Source: Candidatus Methanophagaceae archaeon
Lineage (GTDB): Archaea > Halobacteriota > Syntropharchaeia > Alkanophagales > Methanospirareceae
Reading direction: 5' to 3'
NCBI GenBank assembly: GCA_003194425.1
Contig: PQXB01000001.1
Coordinates: 910,444-942,443, forward strand
Length of the DNA: 32,000 nucleotides
Below, in pieces: positions 23,557 through 31,301 of this stretch. Positions within the stretch are counted from its first letter, which is position 1, and the number at the start of each line of letters is the position of its first letter. The notes beneath the pieces are model-generated. The model did not search any database. It was not told where the DNA came from and saw only the letters and a program-made list of their open reading frames with translations. The position numbers and the translations under genes were made by a program.

Positions 23557-25098
23557 TCAGCCACTGTTTTCTTTCCACCTTCGGTAAGTGCTGTAGTCCA
23601 CGTACTGCCTGTGCGGGCTCTCAATCTGCTCCTTTACGGACACGACGGCGGCTGACCGCTCCCTCTCCCGCTTCTTCTCTATTTCGTCGGTAACGGTAAA
23701 AATGTAAGCGTCGCTTCCCGCGCCAGAGCCGTAACTGGTCATTAAAATCCTGTCGCCAGGCTCGGCTACATCTAACACCGCAGCCAACGCAGTGGGGCAG
23801 GAGCCGGAGTAGAGGTTGCCGATTTTCCGAACCACCAAGCCGGGTTCAATTTGCTCCTTCTTGAAGCCTGCCTCCACCGCTACTTGGAACGGGAACTTGG
23901 CGTTGGGCGAGTGGGTGGCGAGGAACTGAATGTCGGCTGGCGAGAGGTCACAGGCTTTCAACGCGGCTCGCATCGCAGTCCCGACATGCTTGAAGTAGGC
24001 GGGTACGCCGGTGAACCGGCCACCGTGCCTGGGGTATTTCTGCCCGTCTCGGCGGTAGAAATCCGGCGTGTCTGACGTGTAAGGAACGTAGCAGTCCAGC
24101 GTCGCGATGACACCTCCTCGCCTGCCGAAAAGAAATGCAGCGGCGCCCGCTCCGACGGTGTAGTCCAGCGGGTCGCCAGCAGCCGCCTGCGAGTTGTCTG
24201 CTCCGACGACCAGCACGAACTCGCCGCCGAAGGAGGGGTAGGAGACTAAAGCAGCAGCGTCGACGAAGAGGTCAGTCGCGGCTTTGCAGGCAAACTGCGA
24301 GTCAACGCCGCCCGAGAAGAACCCGCCTTCGTGTGGCTCGCCGAGTTCGAGGGCTTGCGAGACCGTTGACATTGACGGCTTGACGGCGTAAGGTGCGGAC
24401 TCGGAGCCGACGAAGCACTTCTTCACGCGTCGGCTCTCGACGCCTGCGTGAATTAGCGCCCGCTTGCCAGCTTCTACGGCGAAGGTTGTTGTGTCCTCGT
24501 CAGCAAACGGCAGCGTCCTCTCCACCACGCCACCCCCCGTTCCACCGCCCAGAGCCTCGTTCTTTATTCTGAACTTTGGCAGGTAGACGCCGTAGCCCAC
24601 AATTCCTGGTCTTCCCCCGTTTCCTGTCTCAGAGGCTTTGACAGGCTTGTACTCTTGGAAAGGGTAGTAGTCGTCCTCGAACGAGAAGTTCAGGGAGGAG
24701 TAGTAAATGAGACCACTTGCTCCGCCCGTGTAGGTTCGTCTAAACCGCGGCACGACGCCTCTGCCGACGAACTCGGTGGCGTCCACCTCGCCCTGTCCCT
24801 GCGGCGGAATGTAGTCGGTTACCCTGCCTGGCACTTTCAGGTCGTCGCCCGGGAAATGCACGACACCTGTTAGGAATGATTTCAGGTAGCCGAACTTTTT
24901 CGTGGGTCCGCGGACGAGGCTGCAGGACAGGAGCGTGCCTTTCTCGTAGAAGTGGTCTGCCGGGTGCATTCTGCTTCGTCTGCCCTCAAGGTCGCAGAAC
25001 GACTTCGGTGGGAAGTAGACGCGACCGCAGTTCTCGCACCTCGCTGCCCTGATTCGGTAGTCCACGAGGATTTTCCGCCTCGTAATTGGCTCGCTCAT
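23557..25098 (-). CDS. DUF35 (Zn-ribbon/OB-fold) :: hydroxymethylglutaryl-CoA synthase fusion protein
   Basis: The N-terminal roughly 165 aa carry the DUF35-like rubredoxin-type segment ARCENCGRVYFPPKSFC followed by an OB-like region. The C-terminal roughly 345 aa are thiolase-fold HMGCS-like, with motifs FVGSESAPYAVKP, the catalytic-Cys context SQFACKAAT, ATHSPNAKF and GNLYSGSCPTALA. Confidence 0.75.
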   Translation of the reverse strand: MSEPITRRKILVDYRIRAARCENCGRVYFPPKSFCDLEGRRSRMHPADHFYEKGTLLSCSLVRGPTKKFGYLKSFLTGVVHFPGDDLKVPGRVTDYIPPQGQGEVDATEFVGRGVVPRFRRTYTGGASGLIYYSSLNFSFEDDYYPFQEYKPVKASETGNGGRPGIVGYGVYLPKFRIKNEALGGGTGGGVVERTLPFADEDTTTFAVEAGKRALIHAGVESRRVKKCFVGSESAPYAVKPSMSTVSQALELGEPHEGGFFSGGVDSQFACKAATDLFVDAAALVSYPSFGGEFVLVVGADNSQAAAGDPLDYTVGAGAAAFLFGRRGGVIATLDCYVPYTSDTPDFYRRDGQKYPRHGGRFTGVPAYFKHVGTAMRAALKACDLSPADIQFLATHSPNAKFPFQVAVEAGFKKEQIEPGLVVRKIGNLYSGSCPTALAAVLDVAEPGDRILMTSYGSGAGSDAYIFTVTDEIEKKRERERSAAVVSVKEQIESPHRQYVDYSTYRRWKENSG

Positions 25099-25144
25099 TT
25101 TAGTTACAAAATATTCTGCGAAGTTAAATACTAAAGTTTAAAGA

Positions 25145-26599
25145 CTAAACACTAAATCTCTTCTCCCACTTACACAACTCCAGCACCTGCGAGAGCGTCT
25201 TCCCGCGTTTTATCTCCGCCCTTACCCGCTCCTCGCTCTTCCAGACCTCCTTCGCCCGCCGTGCGATTTCGTACGCCTGCTCTTTTGGAACGACCACAAC
25301 GCCGTCCCTGTCGCCTACGACCCAGTCCCCGTTCCGCACCTCCTCGCCGCCGCAGTTTATCTCTGCGTTTATTTCTCCGAACCCCTTCGGCTCGCCTGCG
25401 TTCGGGACCACGAATTTAGCGAAAACAGGAAACCCCAACCCGCGAATCTCCGCCACATCCCGCACTGCACCGTCAACAACAACGCCCGCAATCCCTTTCT
25501 GCTTGCAGCTCCACGACGCGAGTTCGCCCCAAACAGCCACCTCCTTAGAGCCTGCGTAAACTACGATTACCTCGCCCGCCGCCGCTACGTCCGTCGCCTC
25601 AACAGGCTTTGCCCAGTCGCCCTCAAATGTCTGCACTGTTACCGCTTTTCCCACGAGTTTTGCACCTGCACCCTCGCCCTCGCCCTCGCCCCCCACTCCT
25701 CCGACTTCGAAGACCGGTTTTATACCCCGCATCACGCCCTTGCGGTGCATCGCATCCGAGATGTTCGCTGTGGAGACCTGCGAAAGTAACTCAAAAATCT
25801 GGTCGTCCCTCGTTTTTTCTTCCTTCCCCCCCTCTCCCAAATCTTTTCCCACCTCCGCTCCCAAATCTTTTCCCGCCTCCGCTCCCAAATCTAAGCCCTC
25901 TCTTATTTTCTTCGTCGCTTCTCGCACATTCGCAGACCGAATTATATTCCCTCCAACAATAACAACATCGGCACCCAAACGCACTGCTTCCGCCGCCGTC
26001 TCCGCGTCCACACCTCCCGCCACCGCCAACTGCGTGCTCGGACTCGGCGTGCTCGTGCTCACCACCGCAGCCGCGACCTCTTTCAGCAGGCTCAACGCGT
26101 CCATTCCACGCATCTGCTGGTCAATTCCGACGTGCACGCAGACGAAATCCACGCCCTTCGCCGCCAGTTCCTTCGCCCGCGCCACAGGCTCCACAGCGTT
26201 CATTAAATCCGCCATAATTTCAACGCCGTATTTACGAGCAGACTTCACCGCCTCCTCAATGACCGCGTCGTCCGCGAGTGCGAGAAGCGAGACCACCGAA
26301 GCCCCTGACTTCGCCGCCATCTCCACTTCCACCGCTCCCGTGTCCGTCGTCTTCATATCCGCAACTATTTTCACACCTCCACTTCCACTCGCACCACCAC
26401 CTCCACTCGCACCTACACCCGCACCCGAGCCAACGAAAGCCTCGTTCAACGCCCTCACTGCTTGCATTCCCTCGCTCTTTATCAACGGCGTTCCCGCCTC
26501 TAACCAGTCCGCACCCGCTTCTACGCACTCCCTACCGATTTCCACCGCTCTCTCCAACTCAAGCACATCGAGAGCGACCTGCAGTATTTTCCTCTTCAC
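25145..26599 (-). CDS. Bifunctional 3-hexulose-6-phosphate synthase-like (OMPDC fold) / RraA-like fusion protein
   Basis: The N-terminal half reads KILQVALDVLELERAVEIG...ADWLEAGTPLIK...KIVADMKTTDTG...VGGNII, which is the Hps/KGPDC family. The C-terminal half reads STANISDAMHRKGVM...GELASWSCKQKGIAGVVVDGAVRDV..., which is the RraA/HMG-aldolase fold. Several low-complexity inserts are present, including a 24-nt repeat at 25834-25895. Confidence 0.8.
   Translation of the reverse strand: MKRKILQVALDVLELERAVEIGRECVEAGADWLEAGTPLIKSEGMQAVRALNEAFVGSGAGVGASGGGGASGSGGVKIVADMKTTDTGAVEVEMAAKSGASVVSLLALADDAVIEEAVKSARKYGVEIMADLMNAVEPVARAKELAAKGVDFVCVHVGIDQQMRGMDALSLLKEVAAAVVSTSTPSPSTQLAVAGGVDAETAAEAVRLGADVVIVGGNIIRSANVREATKKIREGLDLGAEAGKDLGAEVGKDLGEGGKEEKTRDDQIFELLSQVSTANISDAMHRKGVMRGIKPVFEVGGVGGEGEGEGAGAKLVGKAVTVQTFEGDWAKPVEATDVAAAGEVIVVYAGSKEVAVWGELASWSCKQKGIAGVVVDGAVRDVAEIRGLGFPVFAKFVVPNAGEPKGFGEINAEINCGGEEVRNGDWVVGDRDGVVVVPKEQAYEIARRAKEVWKSEERVRAEIKRGKTLSQVLELCKWEKRFSV
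25834..25895 (-). repeat. In-frame 24-nt x2.6 tandem repeat at the Hps/RraA domain junction
   Basis: The plus strand reads ctcccaaatcttttcccacctccg, then ctcccaaatcttttcccgcctccg, then ctcccaaatctaag. The encoded peptide is LDLGAEAGKDLGAEVGKDLGEG. Confidence 0.9.
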
Positions 26600-26612
26600 T
26601 TCTCTTCACAAG

Positions 26613-27158
26613 TCACCTCTTTATGCTCTCCGCCAGTCTCAGCAGCATCTCCTTGTACTCCTCTTCCTCCCCGTCCCTCGCAGAGACATTCGCAAAACTC
26701 ATCCTCGCCTGCGGGTGGTAGTACCTGTCGATCGAGACCGCACGAACCAGCGGGTCGGTCGCAAAGTTCTTCAGGCACGAGAGCATCTGCGACGCGTAGT
26801 AGTAAACAATCCCTAAAAATATCACAAAGTCGTAATTCCCTGTTCCGTCCAACCCCCGCCAGCTCGGGTCTCGCAGACAGTTGGTGAGCTCGTGCAGGTT
26901 GTAGTAGCTCACTTTCTCGCCGTAGCCCTTCTCCACGAAGCCGCGGAGGCTGTGTCCTGTCGCTGCGATGGGAATCCCCTTTTTCGCCAGTTCCATCGCG
27001 GTCTCTACAAAGAAATCGTCTCTCAAAATCTCCGAGCCAACCACGAGCAGCGGTCGCTTCGCACTCGAAATGAAACTCCCAATCACCTCCGGCGCTACAA
27101 CCTCTCCCACTTCAGGACCCGGGATATTCGCCACATCAAACGGTATTTCTACTCCCAT
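26613..27158 (-). CDS. cdhB: Acetyl-CoA decarbonylase/synthase complex epsilon subunit
   Basis: The 181-aa ORF lies immediately downstream of cdhA. The N-terminus (PFDVANIPGPEVGEVVAPEVIGSFISSAKRPLLVVGSEIL) and the size are typical of CdhB. Confidence 0.85.
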   Translation of the reverse strand: MGVEIPFDVANIPGPEVGEVVAPEVIGSFISSAKRPLLVVGSEILRDDFFVETAMELAKKGIPIAATGHSLRGFVEKGYGEKVSYYNLHELTNCLRDPSWRGLDGTGNYDFVIFLGIVYYYASQMLSCLKNFATDPLVRAVSIDRYYHPQARMSFANVSARDGEEEEYKEMLLRLAESIKR

Positions 27159-27212
27159 TTTCTCTCCTCTCCTCTCCTCTTCTCCTTTCTCCTTCCCCCT
27201 TTTCCTCCTCTT

Positions 27213-29657
27213 TTACTTCTTTCCTTTCCCCCTCCCCCGCACCAGCCGCTCCAAATTCGTGGGGTTAAACGAGGGGTTGTAGCCGCGAATCGGACCCTCT
27301 TTTATCTTCTTCGTCTTCCAGTCAACCACCCAGCCCTGCTCGTCCTCTAACTTCTTCAGCAACTCGCCCTTCGCCGCGATCGGCAGGTCGCTCGCAGTCC
27401 TGACGAAGAGGTGCCAGTCCGGCGGGTACGCACTCAAGTACTTCTGGCTCAAGTCAATGTAGTGCGTCAGTTTTATCGAACGACCGCGGTCGGTGTCCGA
27501 GGGACGGAAGCAGAGTTTCGCGATCATCGGCAACGCCTCCTCCACCGTCTCGCAAGCCACGAGCAAGTGCTGCGGACCCGGCTCTACGAAAACCTCCGAC
27601 CCGTCAGTAGCGTCAATTATCCTCCAATCTTCGCTCCTGTCCGCGCGACCGAGGAACGCCCGCCTGTATTTTGCACCGTGCGGACCGACGACAGCGGGAA
27701 CGCCCAACCGATTAAAACCGGTTGCGATTGACGCCGCCTTCTGCGACATTGCACCCCACGCGACACCGCACGCCCCCACGCGGCTCAGAATGTAATCTGC
27801 GATCTCCTCGTAGTTCCCTCGCAGCGGTCTGCCCGCGAAGATGCTCGCTACTTTTATCGCAGCGTCGTGAATGTGTGCGTTCGAGACGCAGGAGCCGATG
27901 TTGAGGACACCGCCTGCGTCGAACCCGCCGTGGTGCTGCTCGTAGAGCGTCTTCCCGTCTTCGTCCTTCCAGAGCGCGGCGTCAATTGCCATACAGCCGG
28001 TCAGCGTGACGATGTAGTTCCGCTCTGCGAACTCTTTCACGATGAGCCAGGCGTCCTTCGTCCCGTTGGGGTAGTTTCCGCAGCCGATTGGAGCGATAAT
28101 TCCCGGAATCGTGCCCAAGACAATCGGAGCGCCCACTTCTCTTATCTCGCTGTCCCAGACAGGACCTCTCCCAATTCGCATCCTTCCTTTCTCGGCTTTT
28201 ACCTGCGGGTAAGCGGCTTTCGTTATCACATCCACAATCGGAATGTGCTTCTTGCAGACCTGCTCGCACCGCCCGCAGCCGACGCAGAGGTCAAACAAGT
28301 CCGCAAGCGGCTTCGTGTCTCCTAACGCCGCGGCGCTCTTGTTCGCCTCGCCGATCCGAAGCCCGTTCGGACAAGCAAGCGTGCAGCCGCCACACTGAAT
28401 GCACTCACCCACCCAGTGTTTAAATTCCGCATCGGTCAAAATAAAACTCAACTTCCTCCGCTTCCTGTCCATCTCCAACGCCGTCCGCACCGCGACCTCG
28501 CCCACTTGGTCGGGCTCGAGAATTACGACCCCCGGAACGCGCTCGCTCACCAAATCCGCAACGATTTTGTCAGGGTCGTCGTCAGTGCGGTCCACCAGCC
28601 CGTGCATCGCCTTGTCGTTCGTTGCGATCAGAGGCGAGTGTGTCTTCTGACAGAGTTCTAAAACGTCCGCACGAATGCACTGCTCGTCCACCACCACGAC
28701 ATCCGCAATCCCTGCCCGCAGCACACGCAGCTGCCGTCCAAGCGCCGACGCAATTTTCGCCTTCTTGTAGACCCGCGTCGTGTCTATTGAGGTGCAGCAG
28801 ATTCCCCCCAGCTCAACCACCTCCTCAAGCCCCTTCTCGGTCAGGTAGTCGCCGATGTCCGCAGCCGGCGGGACGTTGTGTCCAATCACGATAATCACGG
28901 GCTTCTCGGTCTCAATCGTCCCGATTCCGACATCCACGAGCGGAACATCAGGTCCGTCGCCCACACCCGTAAAACCCGACGGCATTTTGTAGCACGCGAT
29001 CTGAATAATGTCCGCCGCCTCCTTGTTCAGCGAATCCAGCATTCCCATATGCAGCGCCTTCGACTCGAAGTCCAAGTACGAACCTTCCTGACCGGTGTGG
29101 AGAGCGTCCGCCAACTGGACGATCTGCTCTTCGATGTAGTTGAAGACTTTCTCGTAGTCGCCGATCGTGCGCGGTTTTATGCCGCAGACCAGCCTCGTAA
29201 GCGGCGCTTCAATGTCCACCTCAGGCCCAAAATCTATCGGCACATCCCTCCCAAACTTTTTTATCATATCGTGCAGCAGGTGCCGCCCGTGCCCGCAGTG
29301 CGCACTACAACCCACCAAACAAGCAAGCAGAACAATTCTCCCGTGCTGTGCGTCCATCCGAATTCCGCAGGCGCCCTTCTTGTTCCCCGTGAGGTCACAT
29401 TTGCCGTAGGTACATAAGCAACACATATCGCAAAGCGGTGCGTAAAACGGCTTGTAGCGGTTCAGAAGTTTGAAATCCCAGTCTCGAAGCGTGGCAATCC
29501 TCGGCATCGGGTGCGGTCCCATCGGCTCCCTCTCTTTCCCTTCTCCCTCACCCGCTCTCCCCTCTTTCTCTCCTGCTTCCACTATTTCCCCAATGCTAAT
29601 CCGCACATTTTTCAAGTCCGAGATCTCAAAAATCCCGCCTTTCTTTAGCTCTTCCAT
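27213..29657 (-). CDS. cdhA: Acetyl-CoA decarbonylase/synthase complex alpha subunit (CO dehydrogenase catalytic subunit)
   Basis: The 814-aa ORF has N-terminal Cys clusters (CDMCCLCTYGKCDL, ACGI) and an inserted ferredoxin domain (CIQCGGCTLACP, CVGCGRCEQVCKK). It also has C-cluster-type motifs (GHNV..., GICCT, GCGNYP, GSCVSNAH). Confidence 0.95.
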   Translation of the reverse strand: MEELKKGGIFEISDLKNVRISIGEIVEAGEKEGRAGEGEGKEREPMGPHPMPRIATLRDWDFKLLNRYKPFYAPLCDMCCLCTYGKCDLTGNKKGACGIRMDAQHGRIVLLACLVGCSAHCGHGRHLLHDMIKKFGRDVPIDFGPEVDIEAPLTRLVCGIKPRTIGDYEKVFNYIEEQIVQLADALHTGQEGSYLDFESKALHMGMLDSLNKEAADIIQIACYKMPSGFTGVGDGPDVPLVDVGIGTIETEKPVIIVIGHNVPPAADIGDYLTEKGLEEVVELGGICCTSIDTTRVYKKAKIASALGRQLRVLRAGIADVVVVDEQCIRADVLELCQKTHSPLIATNDKAMHGLVDRTDDDPDKIVADLVSERVPGVVILEPDQVGEVAVRTALEMDRKRRKLSFILTDAEFKHWVGECIQCGGCTLACPNGLRIGEANKSAAALGDTKPLADLFDLCVGCGRCEQVCKKHIPIVDVITKAAYPQVKAEKGRMRIGRGPVWDSEIREVGAPIVLGTIPGIIAPIGCGNYPNGTKDAWLIVKEFAERNYIVTLTGCMAIDAALWKDEDGKTLYEQHHGGFDAGGVLNIGSCVSNAHIHDAAIKVASIFAGRPLRGNYEEIADYILSRVGACGVAWGAMSQKAASIATGFNRLGVPAVVGPHGAKYRRAFLGRADRSEDWRIIDATDGSEVFVEPGPQHLLVACETVEEALPMIAKLCFRPSDTDRGRSIKLTHYIDLSQKYLSAYPPDWHLFVRTASDLPIAAKGELLKKLEDEQGWVVDWKTKKIKEGPIRGYNPSFNPTNLERLVRGRGKGKK

Positions 29658-29719
29658 CTTCCCTTCCTTTTCCCTCTCTTTTGCACTTTTGTTGTCTGCG
29701 TATTTAAAGGGTTTCTATT

Positions 29720-30148
29720 TTATTCGCTGCTGCCGCTTTCCTCTTCACCCTCACGCGCCGCTTTCCTCTTCACCATCACACAGACATTCTGCACCACTTT
29801 TATGCGGTTTCGAGTGCAGAAATTTATCGCTCGCTCGGATTCAGAACCGGGCTGCATCCACACTCGCTCTACGCCTAATTCCTTGCACTCCTCAACTACC
29901 TTTTCCGTTACCGCTGGCGGGACTACGGTGTCTACAACATCAGGTCTTTCTGGCAGTTCGCCCAGCGAGTGGTAGCAGCGGTCGCCCAAGACTTCGTCAA
30001 TGTTCGGGTTCACTGCGTAAACTGCGTAACCCGCTTCTTTCAGGTCTTTGTAGACCTGATGCCCGTATTTCGCAGGATCTCTCGAGACGCCAACGACTGC
30101 AAAAACATTCTGCTTCCTCAGGAAGTCTTTTATTAGGTCAGTGCTCAT
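29720..30148 (-). CDS. CoA-binding domain protein (YccU/YneT-like)
   Basis: The sequence NVFAVVGVSRDPAKYGHQVYKDLKEAGYAVYAVNPN...VDTVVPPAV...VWMQPGSES fits the small CoA_binding_2 family pattern. Confidence 0.8.
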   Translation of the reverse strand: MSTDLIKDFLRKQNVFAVVGVSRDPAKYGHQVYKDLKEAGYAVYAVNPNIDEVLGDRCYHSLGELPERPDVVDTVVPPAVTEKVVEECKELGVERVWMQPGSESERAINFCTRNRIKVVQNVCVMVKRKAAREGEEESGSSE

Positions 30149-30187
30149 TTTTTAGACGGTTACAAACTTTTAAGATATTATGGTACT

Positions 30188-30241
30188 GGGCGAAAATATA
30201 ACTGGGCGTGGGCGAAAATATAACTGGGCGAGAATATAAAA
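30188..30241. promoter_or_regulatory. Triplicated gggcg-aaaatataa (BRE/TATA-like) element in a divergent promoter
   Basis: gggcgaaaatataact occurs at 30188-30203 and 30211-30226, and gggcgagaatataaaa at 30227-30241. This ends directly at the ATG (30242) of the mqn radical SAM gene. The second TATA-like box sits about 24 nt upstream of the ATG, which is consistent with a leaderless transcript. Confidence 0.5.
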
Positions 30242-31300
30242 ATGGACGAGTGGAAGCCGAGGAAGATTGAAGCACTCTTTGAACTGGGCGTCCACGAGCT
30301 CGGGGAGCGGGCAGATTCCGTCAACCGCAGGAACGGAAACATCGTGACTTTCGTCGTTAACCGACACATAAATTACACGAACATTTGCGTCTCGAAGTGT
30401 CCGCTCTGCGCCTTTTACCGCGACGCTGAAGAGAGTGACGCGTATTTTATGAGCGCTGCGGAGGTGCTTGAGAAGGCTGCGGAGGCTGTAAAAAAGGGTG
30501 CTACGGAACTTCACATCGTCGGCGCACTCAACCCTGAAATGAGCGTAGAATACTTCGAGCGGATTTTCGGGCAGATAAAACGTCGGTTTCCAGAGGTTGT
30601 CGTAAAAGCCTTGACCGCGACTGAAATTCATTTTCTCTCGCAGCACGAGGGGACGAGCGTTGCGGAAGTGCTCGGACGGTTGAGGGACGCGGGACTGCGA
30701 GCAATGCCCGGCGGTGGTGCGGAGATTCTTGACGACGAAATTCGGGCGGTCATTTGCCCGAGCCCGCAGAAAGTAACAGCCGAGGAGTGGCTTCGGACGG
30801 TGGAGACTGCCCACCGCCTCGGAATAAAGAGCAACGCGACAATGCTCTTCGGGCACATTGAAACACCAAGACACCGCGCTCTTCACCTCTACCGGCTCTG
30901 GCAGTTGCAGGAGAAGACGGGCGGGTTTGTCTCCTTCGTCCCGCTCGTTTTTTACCCCGAGAACACGGAGCTCAAAGCACGAGGGCTGGTTGAGGAGAAG
31001 ACGAGCCCCGTGGACGTGCTCAAGACGATCGCGGTCTCCAGAATTGTGCTGCAGAAGTTCAAGAGCGTGCGGGCGTACTGGGTCGCACTCGGCGAACGGC
31101 TCGCTCAGGTCGCTCTAAATTACGGTGCGAACGATTTGGACGGCACGCTTACCGAGGAGCGGGTCACGCACTCTGCGGGGGCGAAAACGCCTCTTGCACT
31201 TCAGACAAACAAGATTCTGAGCCTTGTGCGGGGCGCGAACGCGAACAAAATACCCGCAGAAAGGGACACTTTTTACAACATTTTGAAGGTGTTTTCGTGA
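30242..31300 (+). CDS. Radical SAM enzyme of the MqnC/MqnE (CofH-like) family, futalosine-pathway menaquinone biosynthesis
   Basis: The radical SAM cluster motif is NICVSKCPLCAFY (C-x3-C-x2-C). The length and the motifs HIVGALNP, GGGAEIL, ATMLFGHIET and ANDLDGT are typical of this family. The gene is adjacent to mqnA. I cannot tell MqnC from MqnE by eye. Confidence 0.75.
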   Translation: MDEWKPRKIEALFELGVHELGERADSVNRRNGNIVTFVVNRHINYTNICVSKCPLCAFYRDAEESDAYFMSAAEVLEKAAEAVKKGATELHIVGALNPEMSVEYFERIFGQIKRRFPEVVVKALTATEIHFLSQHEGTSVAEVLGRLRDAGLRAMPGGGAEILDDEIRAVICPSPQKVTAEEWLRTVETAHRLGIKSNATMLFGHIETPRHRALHLYRLWQLQEKTGGFVSFVPLVFYPENTELKARGLVEEKTSPVDVLKTIAVSRIVLQKFKSVRAYWVALGERLAQVALNYGANDLDGTLTEERVTHSAGAKTPLALQTNKILSLVRGANANKIPAERDTFYNILKVFS

Positions 31301-31301
31301 A

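Noticed and set aside
25740-26816. 358-aa + strand ORF opposite hps-rraA and cdhB
   Set aside because: It is a shadow ORF spanning two well-supported minus-strand genes, and its product is low complexity.
29470-30201. 243-aa + strand ORF bridging the cdhA start and the CoA-binding protein gene
   Set aside because: It crosses an intergenic promoter and is antisense to two supported genes. It has no recognisable motif.
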